Positions 55,981 through 64,000 of a DNA stretch of 64,000 nt are shown here, piece after piece; positions within the stretch are counted from its first letter, which is position 1; each line of letters begins with the position of its first letter. The notes beneath the pieces were generated by a model. That model was not told the origin of the DNA, did not search any database, and was given only the letters and a program-made list of their open reading frames with translations. The stretch is from Sphaerochaetaceae bacterium. GTDB lineage: Bacteria; Spirochaetota; Spirochaetia; Sphaerochaetales; Sphaerochaetaceae. Both the position numbers and the translations under genes were made by a program. The stretch spans positions 30,957 to 94,956 of the forward strand of contig JBMNGX010000005.1 in the NCBI GenBank assembly GCA_050950065.1, in the 5' to 3' direction.

Positions 55981-57360
55981 ATGCAACCAGTATCACAAAA
56001 TAAAATGGCTATTAAGCCAATTGGACCATTGGTCGTGTCGATGGCGTTCCCAATAATGTTATCGATGATGGTCCAAGCTTTATACAATATAGTTGATTCA
56101 ATTTTCATCGCCCGTGTTAGTGAAGATGCTTTAACAGCTGTCTCTTTAGCTTTCCCTGTTCAGATTTTAATAATTTCATTGGGGGTGGGAACTTCAATAG
56201 GAATGAACTCTCTTCTATCAAGGCGATTAGGTGCTAAAAAGGTGGAAGAGGCCTCAAAAGTGGCCCTACACGGCCTGTTTTTAGCTTTAGCGAGCTCAAT
56301 CTTATTCGTTATTATTGGATTTTCTATCTCTAGAGTTTTCTTTACTTGGTTTACCGATAGTAAAGATATCATTGAGATGGGATACTCTTATTTAGTCATA
56401 GTGTCGACACTCTCTTTAGGGGTCTTTGCCCAAATTAATGCCGAAAGGATTATGCAAGGAACCGGAAATACCATCACCCCAATGATTACCCAAGTTACAG
56501 GTGCTGTAATTAACATCATCTTAGATCCAATTTTAATATTTGGGTGGTTTGGACTTCCTGCAATGGGTGTTACTGGGGCAGCTATTGCAACAGTCATTGG
56601 GCAGTGGAGTGCAATGACTTTAGCTTTAATTTTCATGGTAAGAAAAACTAAAGAGCTTAATTTCAGCTTAAAAGGGTTTAAAGTTGAAAAGCGGATTATT
56701 GTTGATATCTACCGTGTAGGTCTTCCTTCTACTGTTATGCAATCTATTGGATCAGTTATGACCGTTGGGATGAATACAATCTTAATCTCATTTAGTGCAA
56801 CTGCGGTTGCAGTATTTGGAATTTACTTTAAACTTCAAAGTTTTGTTTTTATGCCAGTCTTTGGCCTTGTTAATGCCCTTATTTCAATTGTTGCTTTTAA
56901 CTACGGAGCTAGAGATAAACAAAGAATTGTTGCTTCCATCCGCTTTGGAGCTACAATTGCTTTCATTGTGATGTTGGTGGGAACTCTTGTTTTCCAGTTT
57001 GGGACAAAGATGTTACTAGGGATGTTTAATGCCTCTGATCATATGATAGATATTGGAACAATTGCTTTAAGAATAATTAGTTTTCACTTCCCATTAGCAG
57101 CTATTGGAATTACCCTCAGTGCAGCTTTCCAGGCAATAGGAAAAGGTGTTTATAGCCTCTATATGTCGTTAGTAAGACAGTTGGTAGTTCTTTTACCATC
57201 AGCTTATCTACTTTCTCATTTGTGGGGTTTAAATGCTACTTGGTACTCATTTCTAATTTCAGAGTTGGTCTCTATAACAATGAGCATCTACTTATTTGCT
57301 CACCTCTATAGAACAAAAATTAAGGTTTTAACCCCTTTAACTGCATCGCTTGAAAGCTAA
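55981..57360 (+). CDS. MATE-family efflux transporter
   Basis: 459 aa with 12 TM segments and a MATE N-terminal pattern (PIMLSMMVQALYNIVDSIFIARV). Confidence 0.8.
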   Translation: MQPVSQNKMAIKPIGPLVVSMAFPIMLSMMVQALYNIVDSIFIARVSEDALTAVSLAFPVQILIISLGVGTSIGMNSLLSRRLGAKKVEEASKVALHGLFLALASSILFVIIGFSISRVFFTWFTDSKDIIEMGYSYLVIVSTLSLGVFAQINAERIMQGTGNTITPMITQVTGAVINIILDPILIFGWFGLPAMGVTGAAIATVIGQWSAMTLALIFMVRKTKELNFSLKGFKVEKRIIVDIYRVGLPSTVMQSIGSVMTVGMNTILISFSATAVAVFGIYFKLQSFVFMPVFGLVNALISIVAFNYGARDKQRIVASIRFGATIAFIVMLVGTLVFQFGTKMLLGMFNASDHMIDIGTIALRIISFHFPLAAIGITLSAAFQAIGKGVYSLYMSLVRQLVVLLPSAYLLSHLWGLNATWYSFLISELVSITMSIYLFAHLYRTKIKVLTPLTASLES

Positions 57361-57455
57361 TTAAGTTAAGATGTTCAATTGCTCAAACAGTTAAAGTTTG
57401 GTAGGCTGAAATTAGTTCACAAAAGGAAAACTTCTCACCATTTAGGAGGTTAGTG

Positions 57456-58304
57456 GTGTTCCCCATATTAGACAAAGAAAAACTCTCAGATGAAGTTTTT
57501 AGAATGGAGATTAAAGCTCCTAGAATAGCAAAAAATAGGAAACCTGGACAATTTATAATCTTACAGCAAGGAGGAGACTTTGCTGAAAGATTTCCCTTAA
57601 CGATAGCCGATGCCTCTTTAGAGCGCCAATCAATTACTATCGTCTTTCAAGCTGTTGGAGAGGCTACCCACCGCTTAGCTTTATTGGAGGTGGGAGAAGA
57701 GATTGAAAATGTTTTAGGTCCATTAGGACACCCCACTACCATAAAAAAGTTTGGGAAAGTTGTTTGTGTTGGAGGAGGTATTGGGGTAGCCCCATTACAC
57801 CCAATTGCTCAAGCGATGAAAGAGGCGGGAAACGAAGTTAAAATCATCATGGGTGCTCGAACTAAAGAGTTGGTAATCTTAGAAGATCGGATGAGAAAAA
57901 TTAGTGATGATGTAACTGTTTGTACTGATGATGGCTCTTATGGAAGAAAAGCTTTAGTGACAGAGCCTTTAAAAGAGTTAAGTGAAAGTTGGAAGCCCGA
58001 TTTAGTTGTAGCAATAGGACCTCCTGTAATGATGAAGTTTTGTACCCTGACAACCAAAGAGTTTAACATCCCAACAGTAGTTTCTCTTAATACAATCATG
58101 ATTGATGGAACTGGGATGTGTGGAGGATGTAGAGTTACCGTTGGAGGGGAGACTAAGTTTGCCTGTGTGGATGGACCAGAGTTTGATGGACACTTAGTTG
58201 ATTGGGACAACTTATTAAATAGACTTGGAACTTACAAAGTGCAAGAAGATGAGGCACATCACAAATGTCACATTGGTTTAGATATTAAAGAGGGAGAAGC
58301 ATAA
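57456..58304 (+). CDS. nfnA: NfnA-type FAD/[2Fe-2S] subunit (sulfide dehydrogenase/glutamate synthase small-chain partner)
   Basis: GTG at 57456, 6 nt after AGGAGG. The N-terminus aligns with NfnA (MFPILDKEKLSDEVFRMEIKAP). C-terminal Cys cluster (CGGCRV...C). Confidence 0.75.
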   Translation: MFPILDKEKLSDEVFRMEIKAPRIAKNRKPGQFIILQQGGDFAERFPLTIADASLERQSITIVFQAVGEATHRLALLEVGEEIENVLGPLGHPTTIKKFGKVVCVGGGIGVAPLHPIAQAMKEAGNEVKIIMGARTKELVILEDRMRKISDDVTVCTDDGSYGRKALVTEPLKELSESWKPDLVVAIGPPVMMKFCTLTTKEFNIPTVVSLNTIMIDGTGMCGGCRVTVGGETKFACVDGPEFDGHLVDWDNLLNRLGTYKVQEDEAHHKCHIGLDIKEGEA

Positions 58305-59800
58305 TGGAGATTTTTGATCTAAAAAAAATTGAAGAAGATGCGCAAAAACTCCTGTCGTCCTATGAAAATGTAGATCTTAGTTTAAAAGATCGCCTTAAAA
58401 TTCCAATCCAACCAATGCCTTCTCAAGATCCAAAAGAGCGAATTAACAACATGGATGAAGTTGCCTTAGGGTATACCGAATCGCAAGTTAAAATAGAATC
58501 GCTTAGATGTATCGATTGTAAAAATGCCCCCTGTATCAAAGGGTGTCCTGTTGGAATTGACATCCCAGGGTTTATTAAAAAAGCAGCTGAAGGGAAGTTT
58601 GCTGAATCGGTAGCAATTATAAGAGAGTCTTCTATGCTTCCTGCTATTTGTGGAAGAGTTTGTCCTCAAGAGTCGCAGTGCCAATTAACTTGTACAGTTG
58701 GTAAATCTTTAAAGAGTGTCGATAAAGCGGTCAACATTGGAAGAATAGAGCGCTATGTAGCAGATTGGGAGTCAGCAAACAAATCCCGCCAAAGACCTGA
58801 AGTAAAAGAGGAAAGTGGTTTTAAAGTTGGAGTTGTTGGTAGTGGTCCTGCTTCAATTACTGCAGCTGCCGATTTAAGAAGAGAGGGACATGAAGTAGTA
58901 ATGTTTGAAGCTCTTCACAAAGCTGGAGGTGTATTAGTTTATGGAATCCCCGAATTTAGATTACCAAAAAGTATCGTCCAAGAGGAACTAGATGCCCTAT
59001 ACGATATGGGTGTTAAAATTGAGATGAACTACCTTGTTGGAAGAACTGGTAAAGTAAATGATTTATTGAATAATGAAGGCTTTGATGCCCTGTTTATTGG
59101 TAGTGGTGCAGGTTTACCCCGCTTTTTGAACATTGAAGGGGAGAATCTAGTTGGAGTATTTAGTGCAAATGAATATCTAACTAGAAGTAACTTAATGCGT
59201 GCTTACGATAAAATGAGAGCTGGAACTCCACTGTATACTTCTAAGCACGTTGCAGTCTTTGGTGGTGGAAACGTTGCTATGGATGCAGCTCGTACAGCAA
59301 AGCGCTTAGGTGCACAAAGTGTCACCATTGTTTATAGAAGGACTGCTAACGAACTTCCTGCTCGTAAAGAGGAGATTGAACATGCCCATGAAGAGGGAAT
59401 TAAGTTCATGTATCTTTACAGCCCAACTAAAATAGTTGGCGATGAGAGAGGGAGAGTTAAACAAGTTGAGCTATTAAAGATGGAGCTAGGAGAACCCGAT
59501 GATTCAGGACGTCGCTCTCCTGTAGTGATACCCAACAGCGAACAGTTATTTGATTTTGATACAGTGATAGTGGCCATTGGGAATAACTCAAACCCCCTAA
59601 TTGAAAGAACTACTAAGAATCTTAAAGTTAATAAGTGGGGCAATATCATTGTAGATGATGAGACAGGAGCTACCTCAATTGAGGGAGTTTATGCTGGTGG
59701 GGATATTGTCTTAGGCTCTGCCACTGTAATTTTAGCGATGGGACAAGGAAGAAAAGCTGCCAAAGCGATGAATCAGTATTTAGCAAGTAAGAGAAAATAG
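58304..59800 (+). CDS. nfnB: NfnB-type GltD-like NADPH oxidoreductase subunit
   Basis: 498 aa. N-terminal Fe-S Cys motifs (CIDCKNAPCIKGCP, CGRVCPQESQC) and two dinucleotide folds (VVGSGPA, VFGGGNVAMD). ATGA overlap with nfnA. Confidence 0.8.
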   Translation: MEIFDLKKIEEDAQKLLSSYENVDLSLKDRLKIPIQPMPSQDPKERINNMDEVALGYTESQVKIESLRCIDCKNAPCIKGCPVGIDIPGFIKKAAEGKFAESVAIIRESSMLPAICGRVCPQESQCQLTCTVGKSLKSVDKAVNIGRIERYVADWESANKSRQRPEVKEESGFKVGVVGSGPASITAAADLRREGHEVVMFEALHKAGGVLVYGIPEFRLPKSIVQEELDALYDMGVKIEMNYLVGRTGKVNDLLNNEGFDALFIGSGAGLPRFLNIEGENLVGVFSANEYLTRSNLMRAYDKMRAGTPLYTSKHVAVFGGGNVAMDAARTAKRLGAQSVTIVYRRTANELPARKEEIEHAHEEGIKFMYLYSPTKIVGDERGRVKQVELLKMELGEPDDSGRRSPVVIPNSEQLFDFDTVIVAIGNNSNPLIERTTKNLKVNKWGNIIVDDETGATSIEGVYAGGDIVLGSATVILAMGQGRKAAKAMNQYLASKRK

Positions 59801-60307
59801 ATGATTAATGAAACTGATATAGCACCAGTGATTTGCTTAATAGATCAAAGTGAAAAGAACCAAGCAATTGAGCAAGTTATAAGCAGGTGTTCAATATTTG
59901 ATACCCTTAATGATAAAAAGCAATTTGCCGAGAAAGTTATTAAAAGGGAGTTAAAAGGGACCACTGGAATTGGGCATGGGATTGCTATTGCCCATGGTAA
60001 AGTTGAAAGTTTAAATCAGATGGTTATAGGTCTAGGGGCCTCTATTAGTGGGGTTGATTATCAATCGGTAGATAGTACTTTGGTTAACTTTTTATTTGTC
60101 ATTGCTAGCTCATCAAATCGCTCTTACGAATATTTAAAAAGTTTAGCAATTATTCTAAGAAATCTTAAAATTGAGAGTTTAAAAAAAGAATTATTTGATT
60201 TTATAACTAACAAAAAGGATCCATACGAACTTTCAACAAAAGGTGAGGCTTTTTTAAAGATGATGGTAAGCCAACACTTCAGCCCCTTTTTGGAGCGCTT
60301 TATTTAA
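59801..60307 (+). CDS. PTS EIIA type-2 domain protein (EIIA-Ntr/PtsN-like)
   Basis: 168 aa with a phosphorylatable His context, GIGHGIAIAHGKV. No EIIB or EIIC genes are nearby. Confidence 0.65.
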   Translation: MINETDIAPVICLIDQSEKNQAIEQVISRCSIFDTLNDKKQFAEKVIKRELKGTTGIGHGIAIAHGKVESLNQMVIGLGASISGVDYQSVDSTLVNFLFVIASSSNRSYEYLKSLAIILRNLKIESLKKELFDFITNKKDPYELSTKGEAFLKMMVSQHFSPFLERFI

Positions 60308-60879
60308 AAGATTTGTGTTGGGGTAACTACTAAATCAACGCTGATATCAAAATTATTTGTGGGAAGAGTCTCAACAATTTGAAAATCGTAAGCGATTCCA
60401 ATGGTAAAAACAGACTCTTTATACTCTGCAAGAAATCTATCGTAGTATCCTAAGCCCCTTCCCAATCTATTTCTATTTAAATCAAAAGCAACAGAAGGGA
60501 CTAAAACAACAACTTTTTTATCTTTATCAAAAACAGTAGGAGTGTAAAACTCTTTGGTGGGCTCTTTAAGGTCCCACTTCATTTTAACCAACTTATTTTC
60601 AAACTCCCCATCGATGGTGAAAAAAGTTAAAGAGAGATCTGAGTTGCTATGAGGCAAGCTTAACTCTTTACCTCTTTTTAAAAGGGGGTAAAAGATAGAT
60701 TTGATATCAACTTCCCCTTTAAAAGGGTAATAGGCTAAAACTGTATCACTTCTAGTAATTGGTTCTGAACTCAAAAGCTTTGTGCAAATTTGTTTTGAAT
60801 CTTTAATTCTTTGATCTAAAGAGTGCTCATTTAATTTTGTAGTTATAAAGGCCCTTAGAACCTCTTTTTCTGCTTCCAT
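60304..60879 (-). CDS. 5-formyltetrahydrofolate cyclo-ligase
   Basis: 191 aa with the C-terminal motif RLGRGLGYYDRFL. Confidence 0.85.
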   Translation of the reverse strand: MEAEKEVLRAFITTKLNEHSLDQRIKDSKQICTKLLSSEPITRSDTVLAYYPFKGEVDIKSIFYPLLKRGKELSLPHSNSDLSLTFFTIDGEFENKLVKMKWDLKEPTKEFYTPTVFDKDKKVVVLVPSVAFDLNRNRLGRGLGYYDRFLAEYKESVFTIGIAYDFQIVETLPTNNFDISVDLVVTPTQIF

Positions 60880-60900
60880 TTTAATATTATACCAAATAAA

Positions 60901-61614
60901 TTAGGTGTACCAAAAGAGAATAAGAAAAAAGACAACAGTAATTAAGATAGAAATTAAATCTCTAATTTTAAAAGAGGGAGCTTTAGGGAAAACATCAAAA
61001 GAGAAGTTGCGGGCAATAAGGGCATGTTCAATCATCTCCCCTTTCTCTAAAAGAAGTGAAAAGAGGGTAGTTGAAAATTCAACAATCGATTTAATTGGTC
61101 TTTTTAAGATGTTTTCACCTCGAGCTTTGCGAGCTTCTGAGACTTGGAAACTTAAATCAAATATTAAAGGGATAGTTGATAAAGTTAGCTCTAAAGTGAA
61201 TGCTATTTTGTAAGCTCGGTTGCCAATAATTGGTTTTAATAGTGATGCTATAGAGGGTGAAAGTAAATCAAAAGATGTTGTTGAAGTAAAGATTATTCCC
61301 ATCAACACAATCGTAATAAATCTTAAAGCAACTAAAATAGCCTCTAAGTAAGTCCCACTAACTAAGTATCTAAAAAGAGTAATTATTGAGACCATTATCA
61401 TAAAGAATCTTAATTCTCTTTTAAAACTCTTTAGTGGAAGCTTTATAGTAATTAAAAAGGCAATTAAAACAAAAAAGATAATAGATAAACGTAGCAATGA
61501 TGATCCAGGAAGTAAAGTGGAGAGTATAAGTAAAGCTAATACCTTTGTTAGAGGGTGTAGTTTGTTTAATAAAGTAGAATTGTGATGGTAATGAAAAAGT
61601 GTTATTTCAACCAT
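60901..61614 (-). CDS. bioN: ECF transporter transmembrane (T) component, BioN-like
   Basis: 237-aa membrane protein with the EcfT Ala-Arg-Gly motif (EARKARG). Last gene of the bioY-ATPase-T unit. Confidence 0.75.
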   Translation of the reverse strand: MVEITLFHYHHNSTLLNKLHPLTKVLALLILSTLLPGSSLLRLSIIFFVLIAFLITIKLPLKSFKRELRFFMIMVSIITLFRYLVSGTYLEAILVALRFITIVLMGIIFTSTTSFDLLSPSIASLLKPIIGNRAYKIAFTLELTLSTIPLIFDLSFQVSEARKARGENILKRPIKSIVEFSTTLFSLLLEKGEMIEHALIARNFSFDVFPKAPSFKIRDLISILITVVFFLILFWYT

Positions 61615-62366
61615 GTTAGCTCACTAATATCTAAAGGAGTATTACCCACAATGGGCCTTCTTATGCCAAAGTCTTCTAACAAGGGTAAAGAGGAAACAAC
61701 ATCTCCTTTATAGCCCACCTTGCCTTTATCTAAAATGATTATTGAATCACAATGGTAAAGCACTTTTTCAATTTCATGAGTCGCTATTAAGGTAGTAATT
61801 CCCTCCTCTTTTAATTTTAAAAGACCCTTAAGAACTTGAACCACTCCACTAAAGTCTAAGTTGGCAAAAGGTTCATCCAACATAACGATTTTAGGTTTCA
61901 TAACCAAAACACCCCCAATGGCAACTTTTCTTTTTTCACCACCAGATAGAGCTCTGGGTCTTTTATCTAAAAGATCTTCAATGTTCAGTAGTGATGTTAC
62001 ATAATCAACTCTTCTTTGTTGCTCATCTGCTTCTAGTTGAAGATTTTGTAAACCAAAAAGAAGATCTTGTTTTACAGTTTGTCCAACTATTTGGGTATCG
62101 GCATCTTGAAAGACCAAGCCAATTTCTAAATTTCTTTTTTTGCTTTTTTGAGTTAAATCTTTTTGATCAACAAAAATTGATCCTGAGTCAATCTTTAATA
62201 GCCCCTTTATTGACCGCATCAATAACGATTTGCCTGCTCCATTAGCTCCTGTTAAACAAGTTAACGAACCTTTAGTTATCTCAAAAGATACATTGTCTAA
62301 AATGAGTTTATCTTTGTTGATTGAGAGAACTAAATCTTTAACAGAGCAGGCAACTTGATTACTCAT
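61602..62366 (-). CDS. bioM: ECF transporter ATPase, BioM-like
   Basis: Walker A GANGAGKS, signature LSGGEKRK and Walker B MLDEP. Overlaps both neighbouring genes. Confidence 0.8.
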   Translation of the reverse strand: MSNQVACSVKDLVLSINKDKLILDNVSFEITKGSLTCLTGANGAGKSLLMRSIKGLLKIDSGSIFVDQKDLTQKSKKRNLEIGLVFQDADTQIVGQTVKQDLLFGLQNLQLEADEQQRRVDYVTSLLNIEDLLDKRPRALSGGEKRKVAIGGVLVMKPKIVMLDEPFANLDFSGVVQVLKGLLKLKEEGITTLIATHEIEKVLYHCDSIIILDKGKVGYKGDVVSSLPLLEDFGIRRPIVGNTPLDISELTWLK

Positions 62367-62934
62367 CGATAGTTTCCTTATTCAAAAAGGAGCGAACTTT
62401 TAAAGCAAAGATGTTTGTTAAAATGACAGCACTAACTAACTTAATCAAATCACCAACAATAAAGGGGATTAGCCCAATTGCAATAGCTTGTTTCCAACTT
62501 ACCTGTAAAATTAGTTTTAAATAGGGAATCCCAATTAAAAAGAAGATCAATGTTCCTACAACAGCAGCAAAGATAATTGTAGCAACTTCCCCTTTAGATA
62601 AACTTGGTCGATTTAAATCTTTTATTTTTCGATCCACTATTGAACCAACAACAGGAGCTGCCACCAACCAACTGATTAAAAAGCCCCCAGTGGGGGTAGC
62701 AAAGTGGGCAAAGCCTCCAGTTCCTCCAGAAAAGACAGGCAACCCAATAGCGCCTAAAACTATATAGGTGGCAACTGCACTTAATCCCACAGCTTTACCC
62801 CCTAATAGTCCTGCTAGTAAGACAAACATCGATTGTAGTGTTATAGGGACAACTCCTACAGGGATGGCGATGTAAGATCCGGCCACTATTAAAGCAGCAA
62901 ACAAAGATGTCACAATAATTTTCCTTAAGTCCAT
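62359..62934 (-). CDS. bioY: biotin transporter S component
   Basis: Start moved to the ATG at 62934, behind GGAGGA. 191-aa six-TM protein with the BioY pattern (VPITLQSMFVLLAGLLGG). Confidence 0.85.
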   Translation of the reverse strand: MDLRKIIVTSLFAALIVAGSYIAIPVGVVPITLQSMFVLLAGLLGGKAVGLSAVATYIVLGAIGLPVFSGGTGGFAHFATPTGGFLISWLVAAPVVGSIVDRKIKDLNRPSLSKGEVATIIFAAVVGTLIFFLIGIPYLKLILQVSWKQAIAIGLIPFIVGDLIKLVSAVILTNIFALKVRSFLNKETIDE

Positions 62935-62977
62935 GCAAACTCCTCCATTAAAAAAAGCTATACCACAAAGATTTTTC

Positions 62978-63011
62978 ATTGTAAACATTAAAACCAAAAT
63001 AAGTTTACAAT
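62978..63011. promoter_or_regulatory. BirA operator (bioO)
   Basis: ATTGTAAAC-N16-GTTTACAAT, perfect 9-bp arms. It matches the TGTnAAC-N(14-16)-GTTnACA BirA site pattern and lies between the divergent bioY and birA genes. Confidence 0.8.
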
Positions 63012-63042
63012 ACTGCTCTTTTGGGGTACACTCTGGCCAATT

Positions 63043-64000
63043 ATGAGTAATAAAACAAAGAAGACATCTCTTTTAGTGTTGGAACTTCTTGAACAAAATA
63101 GAGGTTCATTTATCTCAGGTGAACAAATAGGGCAATCTTTAAATATAAGCCGTGCTGCAGTATGGAAAGCCATAAAAACTCTTCAAGGTTTAAATCATCA
63201 AATAGAGTCCTCAACTAAGATTGGTTATTGTTTAAAAAGCAGTAGTGATGTTCTTTCAGTTGATATGATAACAAAACTACTCAATGAAAAAGGTGATTAC
63301 AATAGACCTATTTACTATTACGATGAGATTGATTCAACTAACCGCCAAGCAAAGCGACTCGCTTTGGAAGGGGCTGTTAGTGGAACAATAGTTATTAGTG
63401 AAACTCAAAGTGAAGGAAGAGGGCGTAACGGCAAAAGCTTTTATTCCCCTAAAGGATCTGGTCTTTATTTAAGCCTTTTGCTAAAACCAAAGGTTGATAG
63501 TTCTATCGCTTTAAGAGTAACTAGTGCTGCTGCAGTAGCAACTCACAGGGCAATTAGAGAGTGTACTAACAAAATAACTAAAATAAAGTGGGTTAACGAT
63601 CTTTATTTAGATAACCTAAAAGTGTGTGGAATTTTAACTGAAGGGATTAGTGGCTTTGAATCTAGACAAATAGAGTCAATCGTTGTTGGAGTGGGGATAA
63701 ACTTTAAGGAACCAGAAAAAGGATACCCCGATAACATAAACTCAATTGCTGGATCTTTGTTTAAAAAGGATCATAAAGTTGAACTTACTCGCAATGAACT
63801 TGCTGCCTCTTTAATCTTAAATCTAAAAAAAATAACAGATAACTTAGAAGACAATTCTTATTTAAAAGAGTATCGAGAGAACTCTTTAGTAATTGGTAAA
63901 AATGTTAAGGTGATAGCTCCAAATGAGTCTTATACTGCCTTTATAAAGCAAATAGATGATAATGGAGCCCTCATTATTGAACTAGAAGATGGTAGTGAAA
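63043..64000 (+). CDS. birA: bifunctional biotin--protein ligase / biotin operon repressor, 3'-partial at window edge
   Basis: Not in the ORF track because no stop is reached. Hand translation gives an N-terminal HTH (ISGEQIGQSLNISRAAVWKAIKTLQ) and the ligase motif SEGRGRNGKSFYSP plus KWVNDLY. Confidence 0.85.
   Translation, partial: MSNKTKKTSLLVLELLEQNRGSFISGEQIGQSLNISRAAVWKAIKTLQGLNHQIESSTKIGYCLKSSSDVLSVDMITKLLNEKGDYNRPIYYYDEIDSTNRQAKRLALEGAVSGTIVISETQSEGRGRNGKSFYSPKGSGLYLSLLLKPKVDSSIALRVTSAAAVATHRAIRECTNKITKIKWVNDLYLDNLKVCGILTEGISGFESRQIESIVVGVGINFKEPEKGYPDNINSIAGSLFKKDHKVELTRNELAASLILNLKKITDNLEDNSYLKEYRENSLVIGKNVKVIAPNESYTAFIKQIDDNGALIIELEDGSE

Overview
AT-rich (roughly high-30s % GC by eye) bacterial chromosomal window, densely coding and mostly on the + strand. 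The gene content points to a strict or aerotolerant anaerobe with an outer membrane. I cannot assign the taxon from sequence alone.

Left to right:
- A secreted protein, a MenA-like prenyltransferase, a GntR/HutC regulator, an acyl-CoA synthetase and a Fur-family regulator.
- An acidic lipoprotein next to a FadL/TraF-like outer-membrane barrel, then NhaC and a DnaQ-like exonuclease.
- An oxidative-stress neighbourhood: rubrerythrin, an Fe-S aldo/keto reductase, desulfoferrodoxin, pirin, flavodoxin, Ogt, glutaredoxin, and a rubredoxin-like plus ferredoxin pair.
- tRNA-Arg(CCT) and a complete LivJHMGF transporter.
- SDR, CBS-ACT, Smr, infA, an SNF transporter, a long-form glyA, gcvH and a frameshifted hydantoinase-like gene.
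- A second SDR, mscL, trpS and azlCD.
- A large DUF4954-like beta-helix protein with an unknown partner gene.
- fabH-fabD-fabG-fabF-fabZ-fabV with no acpP.
- A Na/Pi symporter, a gamma-carbonic anhydrase and a transaldolase.
- A CoA-acylating aldehyde dehydrogenase, a carboxyltransferase and an unlisted 58-aa membrane ORF.
- A PAS-PAS-GGDEF-EAL gene broken by four +1 frameshifts, then a CoA-disulfide reductase fused to rhodanese domains.
- A 5'-truncated AbiEii toxin remnant beside an initiator tRNA.
- An hsp20 gene behind a near-consensus sigma-54 promoter, followed by an encapsulated-ferritin plus encapsulin operon.
- A MATE pump, nfnAB, an EIIA(Ntr)-like protein and 5-formyl-THF cyclo-ligase.
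- bioY-bioM-bioN facing birA across a perfect BirA-type operator.

No CRISPR array, rRNA gene, intact IS element, integrase or prophage was seen.

The items most worth follow-up are:
- the sigma-54/hsp20/encapsulin locus
- the uncharacterised DUF4954-like two-gene module
- the 18-bp perfect palindrome over the fab promoter
- the cluster of single-base frame disruptions
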